In this document: positions 36,140 through 50,647 of the stretch, piece after piece | How the letters are laid out: each line of letters starts with the position of its first letter | How positions within the stretch are numbered: the first letter of the stretch is position 1 | Source: Tubiluchus corallicola | Lineage: Eukaryota; Animalia; Priapulida | DNA: 64,000 bases | Reading direction: 5' to 3' | Assembly: GCA_030141605.1 (NCBI GenBank) | Contig: JAQGDQ010000099.1 | Span: 327,194 to 391,193 of the forward strand | Notes under the pieces: generated by a model | The model's input: the letters and a program-made list of their open reading frames with translations, nothing else | Databases searched by the model: none | Told to the model about the DNA's origin: nothing | Program-made: the position numbers and the translations under genes

Positions 36140-36465
36140 TTGGAGTTGGGCAATGCGTGAAAGCCTGTGTAATTTTGAAAAAAATTGCCAGTTTTGTAAT
36201 TTTAAAATCACTCTCATTTTGAGATAGACTCACTTCTGGGGCTTTGTTGTTGATCTTGCTAATCCATTGATCTACCTTTTGTAATGTTAATCTGGAATCA
36301 GTTAGTATCTTTAAAGTACCAAGAATAACCGCGTCTAATGTTTTAACTTGGCATCTTCAAGTTCAGTTGATATATCGTTATCGGCTGGTAAAGTAAAGCC
36401 AATACAAGGTTGTATTTTCTCAAACTTCTTAAATGCAGTAGTCTCTGTGATAACCAATTAATTCT
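36140..36465 (-). mobile_element. Ty3/gypsy gag-like relic, copy 1
   Basis: LDAVILGTLKILTDSRLTLQKVDQW resembles the gag D.IVLG...LL...LTL.K motif; second copy at ~38780-38990. Confidence 0.5.
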
Positions 36466-36469
36466 ATAT

Positions 36470-36870
36470 TATAAAACTATAGTTAGGCCTGTGGTAGAAT
36501 TACGCCTGTCAGGCTTTCCGTAACAAACTTACAGTGAAAACTCTAAGAGTATAGAAAAGGTGCAGTCTTGCACTCCATTGATCATTAATCGTAACGTAGC
36601 TTATGAGGAAGCCCTCGACTACTATAAATTAGAAACTCTATCTGAGATATAGAAAGCTGTAAAAATATTTTTTGGTGTTCAAAGAGATTCTCACAGAGAC
36701 CACTGTGTTTCTTTTCTTTTACTGTTTCACAAACTAAACTATTTGCTTCTATCTTGACAAGCTAAACGGTTCAACACTAGAAACACCAAGTCTAAATTGT
36801 GTCTAATCAAAATTGAATGGTATAACTGGAATCGTTATATTCCCTACTGTCCATTCAACTGTCATTGAGC
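36470..36870 (+). mobile_element. L2/CR1 LINE RT C-terminal relic
   Basis: RPVVE.YAC...IEKVQ...YEEALDYYKLETL resembles RPVLEYAC...LERVQ...Y.EAL...L.TL. Confidence 0.65.
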
Positions 36871-38779
36871 ATTGAGTTTTCCTCTTTTATTCTTTTAATT
36901 ACTGCATGATTATGTACATTTTGCTCAGATCACTGCTCGCATCCTGTTTAGTAAATTCTAAACTGCATGTTCACAATTTTAAATGTTTTTTCTAACTAAT
37001 TTGACATGAATGTGTTACCAATTTTAGATGGTGTGTATTTTGCGGAAGTTTTTATCAATCTTGTTTTATTTATGTATTAGCTAATCTTGTTTTTTGGAAT
37101 TTTGTCAAGTACGTTAAACTAAAATGCTACATTTCGAGGTTATTCTATAAATCTGTGACAAAAATAGTTTTCCTTTTTGAATGTTGCTTAATACTCAACT
37201 TATACTGAGTATTAAGGTTGGAAACTGATTTTGGAAACTCATTATATTTGGACCTAATTTTGTCTTTTTATATGCTGCAGTTTAATTGGAAAAGTGCCAA
37301 TGCTTAAAAAAACGCCCTAAGCTTAGTGATCATATTAATAGGATAAATAAGTTTTCCAAATTACATAACGCCATGCATTATTTAGCCATTTGTAGCTTTT
37401 AAATTATGTATAAGTTGTCCACAAGGGTAAGACTTGGATTAATATAAATGTAAATTGAAAACTTTCATGGAAAATGTAGTAATACTGTAGAACCTGGGGC
37501 ATCAATAATTGTAAAACAAATTATACCAGTTGAATGTGGAATTCTTTGCGAACTTTAAGCGAGTGGACTAACCCTTCAACTAAAACCTTGGCAAAAACCA
37601 ACCATGTTGTAGCTGAACTATATTATCAACTAACACCAATTTAGTGGGCTGGAGTTAAGAGCTTGTAGGACCAAATCATCTTGAGAAAACCCATCCTGCC
37701 TGTCATTGAGCTTGAGAACTGAATCTGTACCATTAAAGGAAAACAGGATGATTTTTCATCCTGCCTCATTTTGAAGTACAGTAAAAAGTATACATTAACA
37801 ACTATGATAATGCTAAAGTGTTAAGCCCAGTGTTAATAATGCGAGCCCAGCTAGTGATGACATCACAACTGAACTTAATTTTCAACAGTGCAAACATTGC
37901 ACAAGAGTGTTGTACGTGTTTTCAAAAGCGAAAATTGTGGAACAATCACTGTGATATACAAATACTTGGCAAATTTTAAGTTTGAAATTCAGATTTCAAT
38001 TTTATTGCTGTACTCACCCATGAGCTCTTGAACGTATGTACTACACTTTTATGTATCACAAATTAACACTTCTGAACTGAGAAGAATAGCTCTTGTTTTT
38101 TTTTTGTGCTGTGCATTTCCGAGATACAGACGTTAGTGCCTATCTGACTAGCAATTGGTGAAATGCATGTAAAGAAACAGTAATTTTGATTTCTGTGGTA
38201 ATAATTCTTCCACCCTAAGTAATATTAAAAAAAAGCATGTTCGTTTTCAATAATTTATAGGGTAGATTGTTTTGAGCTATAGTTTAAGGTTGGACCTGGT
38301 TTTCCTTTAAACATAAAACTAATGACTTCTTCATTGTTTAATGTGCCAGGCGGTATAGAAAACTCGCTACTTCTTAACGTGTTGCAATTATTGGAAAAAT
38401 ATTTTTATTCTTCTCTACCCACTCGCGCAGTACTAACTTATTTCAACGCTATTTTTTCACAGCTATGAAAAGATGTGATAAGATGTAATGATAATAACAG
38501 AAGCAAAACAGTTTTTAAACTAATTAGGATTAGATGACAATTACTCTTAAAACTTGGCTCTTTAGAGCCGCCCAAGAAAATTTAAAAGTTAAAAGTAAAT
38601 TTGTTTACAATGGCCTACTACATCCATACAATGCCTAAAGCCAAAGGAGAATACAGTGAGGTTCAAATACTTAAACTTTCTAAACTGAGAATTAGATTCT
38701 ACATTTGACAAAGATTAATGGAATTACGTGCACTCCTTAGAAAGTTATTTCCTGATTAGTATCAGTGAGAAATTTTCTT

Positions 38780-38990
38780 TTCGACTGCAGCGGAGAACTT
38801 TAGTAAGTTGTAACTTTAATTTTAAAATCACTTTCATTTTGAGGCAAACTCACTTCTGGAGTTTTGCTGTTGATTTTATTAATGCATTGTTCTACCTGTT
38901 ACTGTGCTGACCTGGAGTCAAGTACTTTGAATAACTATGTCGAATGATTTAACCTGTGATCTTCATGTTCAGATGACATGTCGTAAAGGT
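38780..38990 (-). mobile_element. Ty3/gypsy gag-like relic, copy 2
   Basis: Direct, diverged copy of 36170-36380 (tttaaaatcact.tcattttgag...actcacttctgg). Confidence 0.5.
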
Positions 38991-39039
38991 TTTCCCTTTT
39001 TATAATGCAAGTGAAGAGCAACTTGTACACAATTTATCC

Positions 39040-39202
39040 TCCTTGCATCAAAACAATAATACCAATTAATGTGTTCAGTTTAGACACTAAGTCTTTAATG
39101 TTTCTTCCTTTAAATGATAGTCCCTTGTTAAACTATGACCAAAATATTACACTTTTTGAAGTAGTTCAAAAGTTCATGAAGTATACTGGTAGATTTAAGT
39201 AA
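39040..39202 (+). mobile_element. LINE ORF2 extreme C-terminus relic
   Basis: NITLFEVVQKFMKYTGRFK* resembles the N..IF.AVQ.FI..TKRF end of CR1-group LINEs. Confidence 0.55.
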
Positions 39203-40356
39203 CCAAGCTTACTTGTATTTTTTTAGATCGTACAGTCACATTTTGTTGTGCATGTGTAAAATTTATTTTGTATCTTGCCTGATTTCTTTATATCAGCTTT
39301 GCTTGTTGACCAAAGGCCACATTACATGTGAAAATAATACATAAAAATGTATTTATAAAAAAACTTAAAATTTAGTACGCCAACTTTATTTTACGATACT
39401 AGGATTAAATTTCTCTGACTCAGTAGATACGCACTGTACGCATTTGCTCAGCCGCTAAAGAGAGTTTTCAGATTACGATAAATTCTGCTGTTTGCTCATC
39501 ATTTCTCTAAGTGGGCTTAAGCAAATACCCCAAGGGGAAATTACTTATATTCAGTTTGGTTCTAAGATGAATGTTTGAGCATGAATGGGGAAGTTCAGTT
39601 AGGGCAAAGACTGATAAAAAACGTTTTAAGGTATATTTGTCGCTGAGTTGTAAGATTGTGTGCATACTTGAGAGATAAGATGCATGGTTGAGCTGTTTTT
39701 GTTGTTTGCAAACGTACTTAATGCTTATTTTGCGTGATTTCATTGATTTATTATCCGTAGTAACGTACATTGTGGGAGTTGACTTCAAAAGGATAGAGCT
39801 GCTGTCTATAAAATCTGTGTACTTTTTGGCAAATCTTTATCAGAATTTTTTTTAGAATTATTTAGAATTATTAGAAGTTTATGAAGAAGCTTACCAATTT
39901 GAGAAATGAGTTATTCATATATTTACAGAAAGAAATTAAAGAATCTTTTGTGTACTAAAGTTTTTGAGGATTGCTTATATTTTACAAAACTGGGCATTTG
40001 ATGACCTTAGGAGATTAAATATTAAATAACGTTTGGAAAGCTTTGTGATACCTTTCGGCACTAGGTAGTTGCTCTTAAGTAAGCAGGAACCCAGGGAAGC
40101 AGTAATAGGGCCTACTTAATACGGTTGGTTGTGGCAGGAGCAGAATCTTTATTATCGAGTATCGGTTCATTTTCGAGGCTGGTCCTCAAAGATGAGATGC
40201 TAAACTGCCAGATGTATTGACTGTTGAGGTACACATGTTACACATTCTCCCAAAAGTTGACACGCCATTAAAAACCAGGGGCTGATTTCACAAAGCTGTC
40301 ACTAGATTAAATATGACGTTATTACATTCACTAAACTATTAATAACGATGTTGTTA

Positions 40357-40397
40357 ATATATATCTATATATATATATATATATAGCTATATATCTA

Positions 40398-40472
<75 letters not shown>

Positions 40473-40479
40473 GTATCTA

Positions 40480-40528
<49 letters not shown>

Positions 40529-40550
40529 GTATGTATGTGTGTGTGTGTGT
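40357..40550. repeat. (TA)n-(TCTA)n-(TA)n-(TG)n compound microsatellite
   Basis: Seen directly in sequence. Confidence 0.97.
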
Positions 40551-43054
40551 CTTTATTTACCATAAAATAATGGTAGCATACATCATTCAGTGTTTGCTTG
40601 TAATGATTGCACTACATTGCTAATAGGTATTTGCAATTGCAGTAGGAGTGTGCATAAAAACAGAAGCAATAAAATAAAAAATAAAATTATAAGCTATAGT
40701 AAAATGCACGTATCTAAAAACGAGTACACTTTTACAAATACAGTTATACAAGCAACTCGAGTACAAAACAATATATACATACTAACGTTGACGTAAGCAC
40801 AAAACACATATCATACAGTACGGTTAAACATTCGAACAGTACAATTAGGTATTAATCTCAAATTTGTATTAGAATCATTTTATTTATTGCCATTTGATTT
40901 TCTGATGCTGTTGAAATGCTGTATGGCACTGCATTGCATATTTCTGAAGTTTTCCTCTTCACCAGTTGCTAACTTGCAACTTCGGATTCCAAAAATTGAT
41001 CTTTGGTATTTTCGAAAGTGTTAGCCATAAAAAGGTTGTTGTAATGAGTAACAGTAAAAGCACATTACTGCTTAGATTCTATACTGTAACTGCACTGCCA
41101 GATACTTTTAGCGCAGGTTCTAAGAAGCTATGGTTCTTCCAGTGAACTTCTGGAAGTTAATGTAACTTATGGCGTGGTTTTAGCACCTAGAGCCATCTTT
41201 TGAGAAAAATGTTATTTAGTGAAAGTTGTGGTTTTGTTTCTGTACGCTGCAGTACACCTGTTAATAGCTTGGTATCTCTAGTGCGGATTTGTTTTCTTTT
41301 TCCAGTTGTCACTGTTTCCTAACGTAGAATGCTTGGTTCTTTTCAGTTATTGAATTAGCTGTTTAACAAATTATGTGGTTATAGAAAAATCGAAAAGGAT
41401 GAGTAATATAGACACTGTTTGTGAAGTTGTGGTAGTCTCGTTTGTTGATCCGCATTAGCTTTTATAGGCAAACGATTTTTTGTTTATTTATTGCCTGCCT
41501 AAAACCAGCAGCCAGACAGATAAATGTCGATAATAATTTGCAGTTTATAAAACAATGGCGCTATTGTGAGCAGTAGCATATAATTCCACAGTTTCAACCA
41601 ATTATAGGGGCAGAGTTCTGCACAAACTGTGATTAAGTGCCGAGGCGAGTGTTTGCAAAGCAAACGCATATTAATTGAATTTTGTTATATTATCCCGTAC
41701 GTCGCCATACCAAGTCACCGTCTGTAATATTAACTAACAGGCTTGCAAGGCTTGGAATAATATTGGTTAATCTACAGTATAACGTCAGCATATCAGATGG
41801 ACATAGCTATATAGTTTATAGGGTGCGCCTGCGCACTTAATGGAGCGAAGTTATTTGTACATCTGCTTTCGAATTTGTAAATAAGCTTAGACATCCGTCT
41901 TTATTTTGCTTCTACAAATATTTTGCTTGTTTTTATTAGTTTTTATAATAAACAATTTTAGTCGGTCATTATTGTTCCTATGTGAACTAATGTTTTATGT
42001 ACCGCGAAATCGACTTTAAATAATTAAACTACTTATGACTATGAATTTGTTTCCACGCATCGAAAAATACAACATCAAACATATCAATAAATTTAAAATA
42101 AAATAATTTGAGTAGTGCGAGGTGAGTGTACGGTCATACGGTCATTAACTTAAATGAAAAATTATTATAATTATGCATGCTTCTGTAAACAAGGATGATG
42201 TAATAATAGCAATGGTATAAGAGCAATAAAACTGTGAAAGTTGAGAAAGGAAAACATGTAATTACGATTTTGAATGAGCCATAAAGAGTGGAAAATTTTA
42301 AGTAGTTACGAATTTGAATTATCTGTTTAGCTGTCAGCGCAACAACATGCAGTAATAAAATAACTACATGTTTGTATGATAATGTATACTGGCAATTGCA
42401 CGTAATAGTACCATAATGATCCTTTAAATGACTTACTTAGGAACTATACACCCGACATTTAAAAGTATTCTTTATGTTTTCATGGATGTTTGAGCTGTGA
42501 GCTTTGTACGTTGAAAACGCACTTGATTTCTGTCATTTGACGGTTTTAACATTTTTTCTATGATTGTAACACCGTGCGTTCTACACATTAAGCCAATGTT
42601 TAGTCACGTGATCGTGATGTCACCATATTACCTGTATTATACCGTAACACCAGGAACTAGTAAAAATCATTCTGCTTAATGTAATATCATTTATCTGTAT
42701 TAACTTGAACATTTTATGGTTTAGTTCAATTTTCTGCCACCTGATAGCGCTGTTCGTCTTGAGTTGTTGAGCATCCTTCATCTCCGAGGTCTCTGTGTGC
42801 TCAAAAAAGACAATTTTGTAACTAGAACGTTTTAGAGTTTGCTACCCAGCTGATTATTGCACCCGTGGGCATTAAAACCACTGATTTTCCCCAGCAATAC
42901 CACTGATGTTGTACAGCTGATCAGCATACCCATGGGCATTGCGGTGATGTTGTTTACAAACAGTACCAGATCCGGGTTTGATTCTGCACGTTGCCAGCTT
43001 GCCCAGTTTATTTGCCAGAGAAAAAACCCGAAGCTGCAGAACATCTGTCCGCGG

Positions 43055-43070
43055 TAGTGCCACCTGGCGG
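43055..43070 (-). promoter_or_regulatory. CTCF-type motif
   Basis: Minus strand reads CCGCCAGGTGGCACTA, close to the CTCF core consensus. Confidence 0.45.
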
Positions 43071-46000
43071 AGGCGGTGTTCAGTTACGCGACGAGGAGGT
43101 GGTTGAACCGACTACATGTGGCAACCACCCCAATCAACATGTGCGCTGAGAAAACAGCACTAATAATGCATAACAAGCACTTAAACAAATTGTGTAGAAA
43201 AACCGAAAAACAGTTTGCTGTTCGGCGAAAATAACATCGTAGGTCTGAATGGAAAAGCTGTTGCTTAATCAGACTTGATCCTTTTAAGGGTAGGGGCGCT
43301 GACAAAGGAGAGGCGGCTCAAACGGGGAGGGATTGTGCTCCTATCCTATGGCTGTACTCAGCACACGCTGCTAACAAGTGGCTGTTTCATTTTAAAGAGC
43401 AGATTTTTCGGTTTTTTTCGTGTAAATTCAGTCAAATGCAGACCCAGTATTAGCAATCCAAATTTAAAAAAAGGACCAATCACATGGCATATTGGGTTTA
43501 TTTTACTGTTGTCACTTAAACTTAGAAGCTTAGAAAAATATAACGAAAAAATTTGCCAAAAAGAACTGCCTATAAAGCATAATCTTAATATCATATTACT
43601 TCTGCTTAGAAATTTTCAGGTGCGGTGGTAACTGCCATTTACTTGAAAGTGATGATGTAACTGGACTTTGTGATTTTTCGCAGGGTTTGTTGTGAAGAAA
43701 ATCCCAATTTAGACTCAGAAGACTAGTTTGCAGATCTCTCAGAGCAAAAATATTGTATTTGTAGGCGTGTAATCTATAAAAAGAAATGCCATTGGGACTG
43801 TTGGTAGTAAACATCTTGGAAGTAAATTTTGTCCTGTCCATGCACGACTGTGGCGTGGTTTTTTGATGCTGTTGTTATGGGGATTTTCGTTTGTAATGTT
43901 TGCGTCATCCTGTTCATTGATAATATGGCTTTCAGGTCTTTCAACAAGTTTCGTATTGTTGCTCATAATCCTCTGGGTGTGTTTTCTTGCACTTTTCAAA
44001 ATGTCACTGTCTGACATAAAATTTATTATGCGATATGTTACTAATTATTGTAGAAAAGGCTTCACATTGCACTAGAACAAGGTGTTAGATGTTTTTCTTA
44101 CAACTTTACTCTTTTTTGATAATTTGGAGGTAAAAAATTTTATTGCCATGGTTTTTTTATCACAGGAAGCCAAGTTTGATGACAGTAAACTTCTCAGGAA
44201 TAGAATAAAATAGAAATAGAATAAAAGTTTGTTTTTTTACATGGATGTACATCAAAATTGCATGTAATACAATATTTCCATGATGGTCCATGCATTGTTT
44301 GCACATTAAATAGATAATTTCAAACAAATTAAATTAAACAAAAATTACACATTCTAGATGACGTTAAACTAAATGAGCATGTAATTAAAAGCTTAGGAAT
44401 TAAGGATTGGGAATTCTAAATTGCTAATAAGTGTCAGAAAATAAGGCTAATAAGAGTTATAAAATTAAAATTCACAAAATTCATAAATAAAAAATTGAGA
44501 AGTTAAAAACCCTTTAAAAATTATTTACTAAATACAAGAAAACTAGATTGATAAATCGACATTTTAAATTAAAAGTACTAAGAACTAAAAGTTTAAGTTA
44601 TTATAAAAGTCACACCCGATTAAGAAAAGTTAAAAATCATAAACTTATCTACCAAGTTGTCATTCGCTTCCTGTTATAACTGCCATTAGTCAACAAGTTT
44701 TTGAAAATAATGAGGGATATTTAAAATATCCTATTTTATGATTTCACTAGTAATGATAATATTTCAAATGATGTTTCATCATAATTATATTTCGTTGATT
44801 TAGTCTGTTAGGGTATTTAATAGATTTCGTAAGCTCATAGAGTTCACAGCTCACTACTAGTGTATGAACGAAGCCAGAACTAAGCAGGCAAACAAATCAG
44901 CTGTGAGCCTTTGTGTACAACGTTCACATGGTTTAATTCCATGTGTTTGGAAACTTCTCTGTCCGATTTCATATCAATTCCACTAAAAGTGCGTCAACCC
45001 CATCGCTTCACCAATAATCAATGCGTATGAATGGGCGTATTGAGAAGAAGCTTGGACAGTAAATTACAAGTCTTGCACTGGGGAAGTTTGCTGGAGTTAA
45101 TTATTGGCTAGTTTTATCAAAAACATCGCACCAAGAAGGACTGAACGAATAAAATGTGAGTGTATTGCCATATGTTTGGATAAACAGGATAATCACATTG
45201 CCTTTGTAGCGGTTGTTTGTGTTATGGGGAAAATTGTAACTTTTACATGCCTTTTGTAAATGTAGACTAACAGAAAAGAGGTAAATTCTAGGCAGAAACA
45301 GGTAGTACTTGATACAAGGTTAGGGACTTGGGCAGTTTTTGTTCCTGCATCTGACATAGTATCACTGTATTGGCTTACACAGCCTTCACAACATAGTCAT
45401 ACTATAGTCTAGCTACCATATCTAGTACTTCTAGATGTCATATTTTATTTTATGCTTTATTGCCAACACTGTCCGGTCTGTCCTGAAAAATTTCTGGTTA
45501 GTTCGACTTGCCTTTTGATAGTCTTGGAACAACAAACTACTGCCAAATGCAGTGTTTTGTAAAATTGGACTACTGACCACCAGAAATAAGGGTACAAATG
45601 TGTATGTAAACTGTACACCTGACCTCTGCGAACACAAATTTTTCAAAGCAGCTAATCTATAATGCTCATGTATTATAAAAATATGTTCGTTTATTGTTTT
45701 TATTGTTCTCCATTTCTCGTTTTTGATTGACAATCAACACGATTTTTACATTGAAAATTCTCTGTTATTTTGTAATTTCTCAAATCGCTTTGCAGAAACT
45801 GTTGGGAAACACTTCTGTGACAGAAATTACTTGTCGACGATTGTCGCGAAATGTTGAAAAATTACAGATTATTCACTGCACTGTGACATACAGGTTATGT
45901 ACTGTGATGTAGTCCAGGGACGTGGATTCGGTCAGAGGGAAGAAGAAGAAATATTGGTTTTATTATTTGAAGTTTACTGTAAATAGCAGCAGGATATCAA

Positions 46001-47051
46001 GAATTTCTTTTAAAAACCGAGGTGTTAGTATCCCAATTTTTTGCGATTGCTGTCAGTTTTGAGGCGAATAAAATTGGATGTCGTATGAAGTGCCAGCGCA
46101 CTGTGTGGTAGATTTGCGAACGTGTGCCAGTCTGCCCATACATCTCTTACCACAACAAGACAAGGGAAACAGTCGAGTGTTTACCAAAGTTAAGCAACGT
46201 TAGACTTAACTTATAAGTGGATATGTGACCACTAAACGCACCACTTCCGTGTGATTTCATCAGTTTCCGACCATTTTTCTCTTTGAGAAAGAATATGTCT
46301 CTGCTGGTTCATTGACTCTGCTGGATTATTGATTTTGTGATAATTTGCTAATTTCCAGTTACGTCACAAGTAACACGTTAAAGTGCTCTGTTTCTGAGTA
46401 CTGGATTTCATTTCGCAATATACTGTTTGTGCTTAACAGTAACAGTGACAAAATTAACAAATACCTAATTAGCAATGCAGTGTGGATGCAACCTTAGTGC
46501 AACCAACCCAGCAGGGTTGTTAATGTTCCTTAATTTTAGGAACTAATTCCAGTTTCAAATTCCTCCCTGACGAAAAGGAACTAATCCAAATTCCTAGTTC
46601 CTATGACTTTACAGAAATTGAGCAGTCCTAATTCCAAGTTTTTTTTGCAGCAAAAGAACTTAGTTCGCTTCACGTTCACCACCCTTTTGTACAGAATAAT
46701 CTGGGTAAACAAAAATAGCTGACACCTCTTAATTGTTTCCGAAAAATTACTATTTAGTGGGGCACCTAACACACAATAAAGCAGAAGCCAAAAAATATAA
46801 AAATTCGCAGAAGTCGGTACTTGGAAAGGGAATTAATTTTACCCTCAAAATTTATTAGCCCTATTATTTTAGTGTAAAGTAGCTTGATTCCATGTTTTCC
46901 TTTACAGAAAAAGCCAGTAGCGTTTTGATCTCGACAACAGCTGTTAGCCGGTTGACTCTAAAGAGGTCATCAACTGACGCTGTTTTAATTAATAGCCCAT
47001 GTTTCACTAATTCTTCTTCCCATGTTACCAGCTATCCCGTTGATAGATCTT

Positions 47052-47255
47052 CCGCCCCGTGAAACCTTGCAAGTATCGAGTAGGACAGCCAGCGTATGCT
47101 GATCAACTCTGTTTAGGTCAGCTACGTCAACGTGACGTCAGAGTTGACCTCGTCAGCCTGGAAACGACTTATGCGTCGCTCCTTCGATTAATGGGGGTGT
47201 GGTATTGTGTCAAGGATAATGTGGTGCTGTCATTTAAATTTGCTGTTAGCAAAGA
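47052..47255 (+). promoter_or_regulatory. Candidate Shc promoter and first exon (GC box, CRE, donor at 47256)
   Basis: CCGCCCC at 47052, TGACGTCA at 47133-47140, CpG-rich patch, AGA|gtaaat donor. Confidence 0.35.
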
Positions 47256-48063
47256 GTAAATGTATATTTTCGCGCTTTTAGTGAGTTTAGTTTTTTTAAT
47301 AACAAAGATATGATGGATAACAGATATGAAGCTACAGTTTCCACACTAGAAATTGTCATTTGTGTGGCAAATTCATACAAAGAATAAGCCTGGGAAGACC
47401 GCTAAGCACATTTTTTGTTGCTTCTACAAGGTCGTTTTTCTAACAATGACTCAGACAAATGTCTTTGTCCACAGAGTACTCACTATGTTATTGAAGGTCA
47501 CAAAACAATGTAATTTTTTTCAAATTGATTGTTTGAAATATTTTTTCTCCAGTGTAGTTGTCCAATTATGATGCATTGAGCAACAGATCGATTTCCTCTA
47601 CATTTTTGTTACTGAATAAAATCATTTAGTCAGCATTTACCTGTACAATATACAGCCATACAGGTTCGTACATATACTACTTATAGTATTACCTCTGGCA
47701 TACGTACGTGTTAACGTAACGCTGAAAATCTGTAGCACATTTTGACCTATGCCAAAACAATTTTATTCTTGTAGCTTATTTTGCCAGACCTGCTTTTATG
47801 CAAAATTTTCTGCAGTCGTCATGATAACCCTTACGAAATTTTGGAAATGGACATCAGTAAGTGTATTTGCTTGGTGTCTCTGGCACAATCGTTTCTCGAC
47901 TGTGCTTGCACTGTAACAGTTGGCCATTTCACTCACCGTTGCTTGTTTTCTTTCTTTTGCAGCATCTTTTCATTTCTTAATTTGCTTTGCACGCTTTTTT
48001 GCAAGAACCTAATCTAATTTGTTATAATTCATTGCTAACCGTGTTTACTGTTTTATATTTCAG

Positions 48064-48163
48064 AAATTTGTTGAAAATTTAGAGGTGATATTCCAAGGAC
48101 AAAACTCGTCTACGTTGTTTATATTTTGACAAAATTTCTGCTTATTATTTACACAACTAACAG
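48064..48163 (+). other. Candidate non-coding 5' UTR exon of Shc
   Basis: ttttatatttcag acceptor and CAG|gtaatt donor 100 nt apart, upstream of the Shc ATG. Confidence 0.4.
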
Positions 48164-49034
48164 GTAATTTTTTATTTTGGCTGTTTAAATTGGTTGGAAT
48201 TTGATTTCTATATAATAATAGCACGTTGGCACGTTAATTCAAACACTACTGATTCGTTATTTTGGGTTTTAGCCCTCTTTGTTGAGTTTTATTAAATTAG
48301 CAGTTAAACTTATTTTTAGCCTGTTATCTGGAGCACCCCTCCTACCCCTTTTCATAATAATTCTATTTTCTCAGCTAAATGAAAGCAGCGTGTTTTCCTA
48401 GCTGAGCGTGTAATGTGTTTTTAATTTGACTTTTGACTTTCCTTTAACGTTCGACCCGTTTTTGCGTGCAGAGGAGAAACCCGTCGTTGCTTTGCGCATG
48501 CGCCGACCGAAAAGCCCTGTTACCGTTGTCGCACGATAGCGTAGCCAGTTGCAAACTTCTGGTTATCACTGTTAGGGCTTGTTCGCATTTACGCGGTAGC
48601 TGCTTGAGGCGATTTGCATTCTAAGGACTTGAATGGATGGTAGATTGCAGCAGCTATGAAAATGATGTGTTCTTTATAAATGCTATTGTTAATTGTTTAT
48701 TGTAGATGCTGACTAAGCGTGCCTTTCAATTTTTTTCACTCGAGCATAACCTACTACCTGTTGCTCCTGTCACGTGCTCAGTAATTTGAATTCCCCTTAC
48801 ATCATTATACATGCTAAAATAAGTTTTCCACAAAATATGCACCTGATTTATGTAAAGGCTCTAATTTCTGACCTTCTAAACAAAAATAGGAGTGCAGAGC
48901 TCTTTGTAGCTGATAAAAAGTCTAATGATTTTTTTATTTGTTTCGCTAATAAAAATTTAAAGATTCTCTCACATTATTTCACACATGAATTTACAGTGTA
49001 AAACATTAGTATTTCAGTAAATTACTATTTTCAG

Positions 49035-49174
49035 TATTGTTCGTGTTTTATCAGTTCTCCTGGACAGCGAATAATATTTGAAGACATTTCTCATTCTATT
49101 GTTTTTGCTTTTGTTGAAATTTTTCTAAAACAGATTATAAACTTCTTGAAAATTTCAGTCACTATCTCTTCAAG
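49035..49174 (+). other. Candidate non-coding 5' UTR exon of Shc
   Basis: tattttcag acceptor and AAG|gtaaat donor. Confidence 0.3.
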
Positions 49175-49431
49175 GTAAATTTCAATTTGCCTTTTCAAGT
49201 TTCCATAAATCTGTGATGCAGCAGAATTGCATTTTGCCATTAATTCAAAGCATCAAAGGCCAAATCTGAGATTTAAGTAAAGATGTGTCGGAGATTTCTG
49301 TTATAAATTTTAATGTTGTCAGTCCTTAAGTTTCGGACAAGTTTGTAGCAGAAAAATCAAATTAAATAACTTTTGCTGGTAAGTCTCTAACATTTTAGAA
49401 CTGTATATTCATGCAAAGTTAATTTTAGTTC

Positions 49432-49610
49432 TCGGTTGGGTGGGCGAGTTGTTTAATTTTCGGACTGTAACTACACAGTCTTGAGTTCGATACTAGTGGC
49501 TGCTAACGGCAGGACCTATACCCTACATTTTATTCGTTACTTGTGTGTTGCGTCTTTACCTGTACTGTAAGTGGCTAAATAGCCGTTAGTGCTTATGTTG
49601 TCCGTTAAAT
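49432..49610 (+). mobile_element. tRNA-derived SINE
   Basis: A-box-like TGGGCGAGTTG and B-box-like GAGTTCGATAC. Confidence 0.45.
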
Positions 49611-50647
49611 GAGCGATGGTAATCTTGGCTTTGTCTTTAGTGTTTTTTAGTAATAATCTGTATAGATGATATTCCTGATGTCATCAATTGAAACTTCACC
49701 ATTTTACATGAAAAATACTTGAGCTGGGCAAACTCTTCTTCCCTATTAAAACCCCTTTTTTATTCTGATAATGGTGGAATACGTTTGCCTTTTTAATTAC
49801 TTAATTATTTTTTTAATTTTTAATGAACGAGTGGCCACATAATTTAGTAACCGCAAGGTTTATTTGCCAGACTTTGCATCCTGGCGTGATTAGATGGCGT
49901 AACCATGGCATCGCGGGGTTCGGAAGAAGCTGCTGCTGTCGTTCATTCATGCTTCTTTCATGCATCCGGTGGTAACCAGCCACTGCAGCCTATTTGTGGA
50001 TGTGTAGGGTTACATGGTCCGTGCATACTGACGTGAAGGCTTCTCTCTCTCTCTCTCTCAGTATCTTGCTGGCTGGTTGTGCTATAAAAACCATTTCGTG
50101 CTTGTTGTGCATGCTAAACAGTTTCACTTTGCTACAAGCTAAGACTTTTGCTTTAAGGAGTGGACAGAAACGCAAATACGTTATTGCGCCACTAGACTTG
50201 GGGTGATAACACAGCGTTCTGTGAATGACATGTTACTGTGTTAATGTATAATCGGCGTGTGGGAGGCTTGGATTACGTAACGCCGCCTAGTGCGCATGCG
50301 CGCGACTTCGAGTGGGTGTCTGCACTCTGGCAAGACGGTGGCTTCGAATCAAAACGCTGTGCATCTTTTAGTGGGGAAGCTTATTAATGATTTAGTTGTT
50401 GACAGTGAGTGATCTGAACTGAAACCACTGAGAAACGTGTCAAGCGTGTCAAACAATTGGTGATGTAGAACTTGTTTGAGTTATACTGGTGCCAGTATGG
50501 TTGGCAATAGTGTTAGTTATTTATAAGGAGAAACATCATATTAAGTTTGCATGACTGATATTCAAACGTGTATAGTTAGTGCAGACTTCACTTCTAGTCA
50601 GTTCTGGTGCAGAACAGTGCCCGGACTAGGACCTGTTCTGCGTTACA

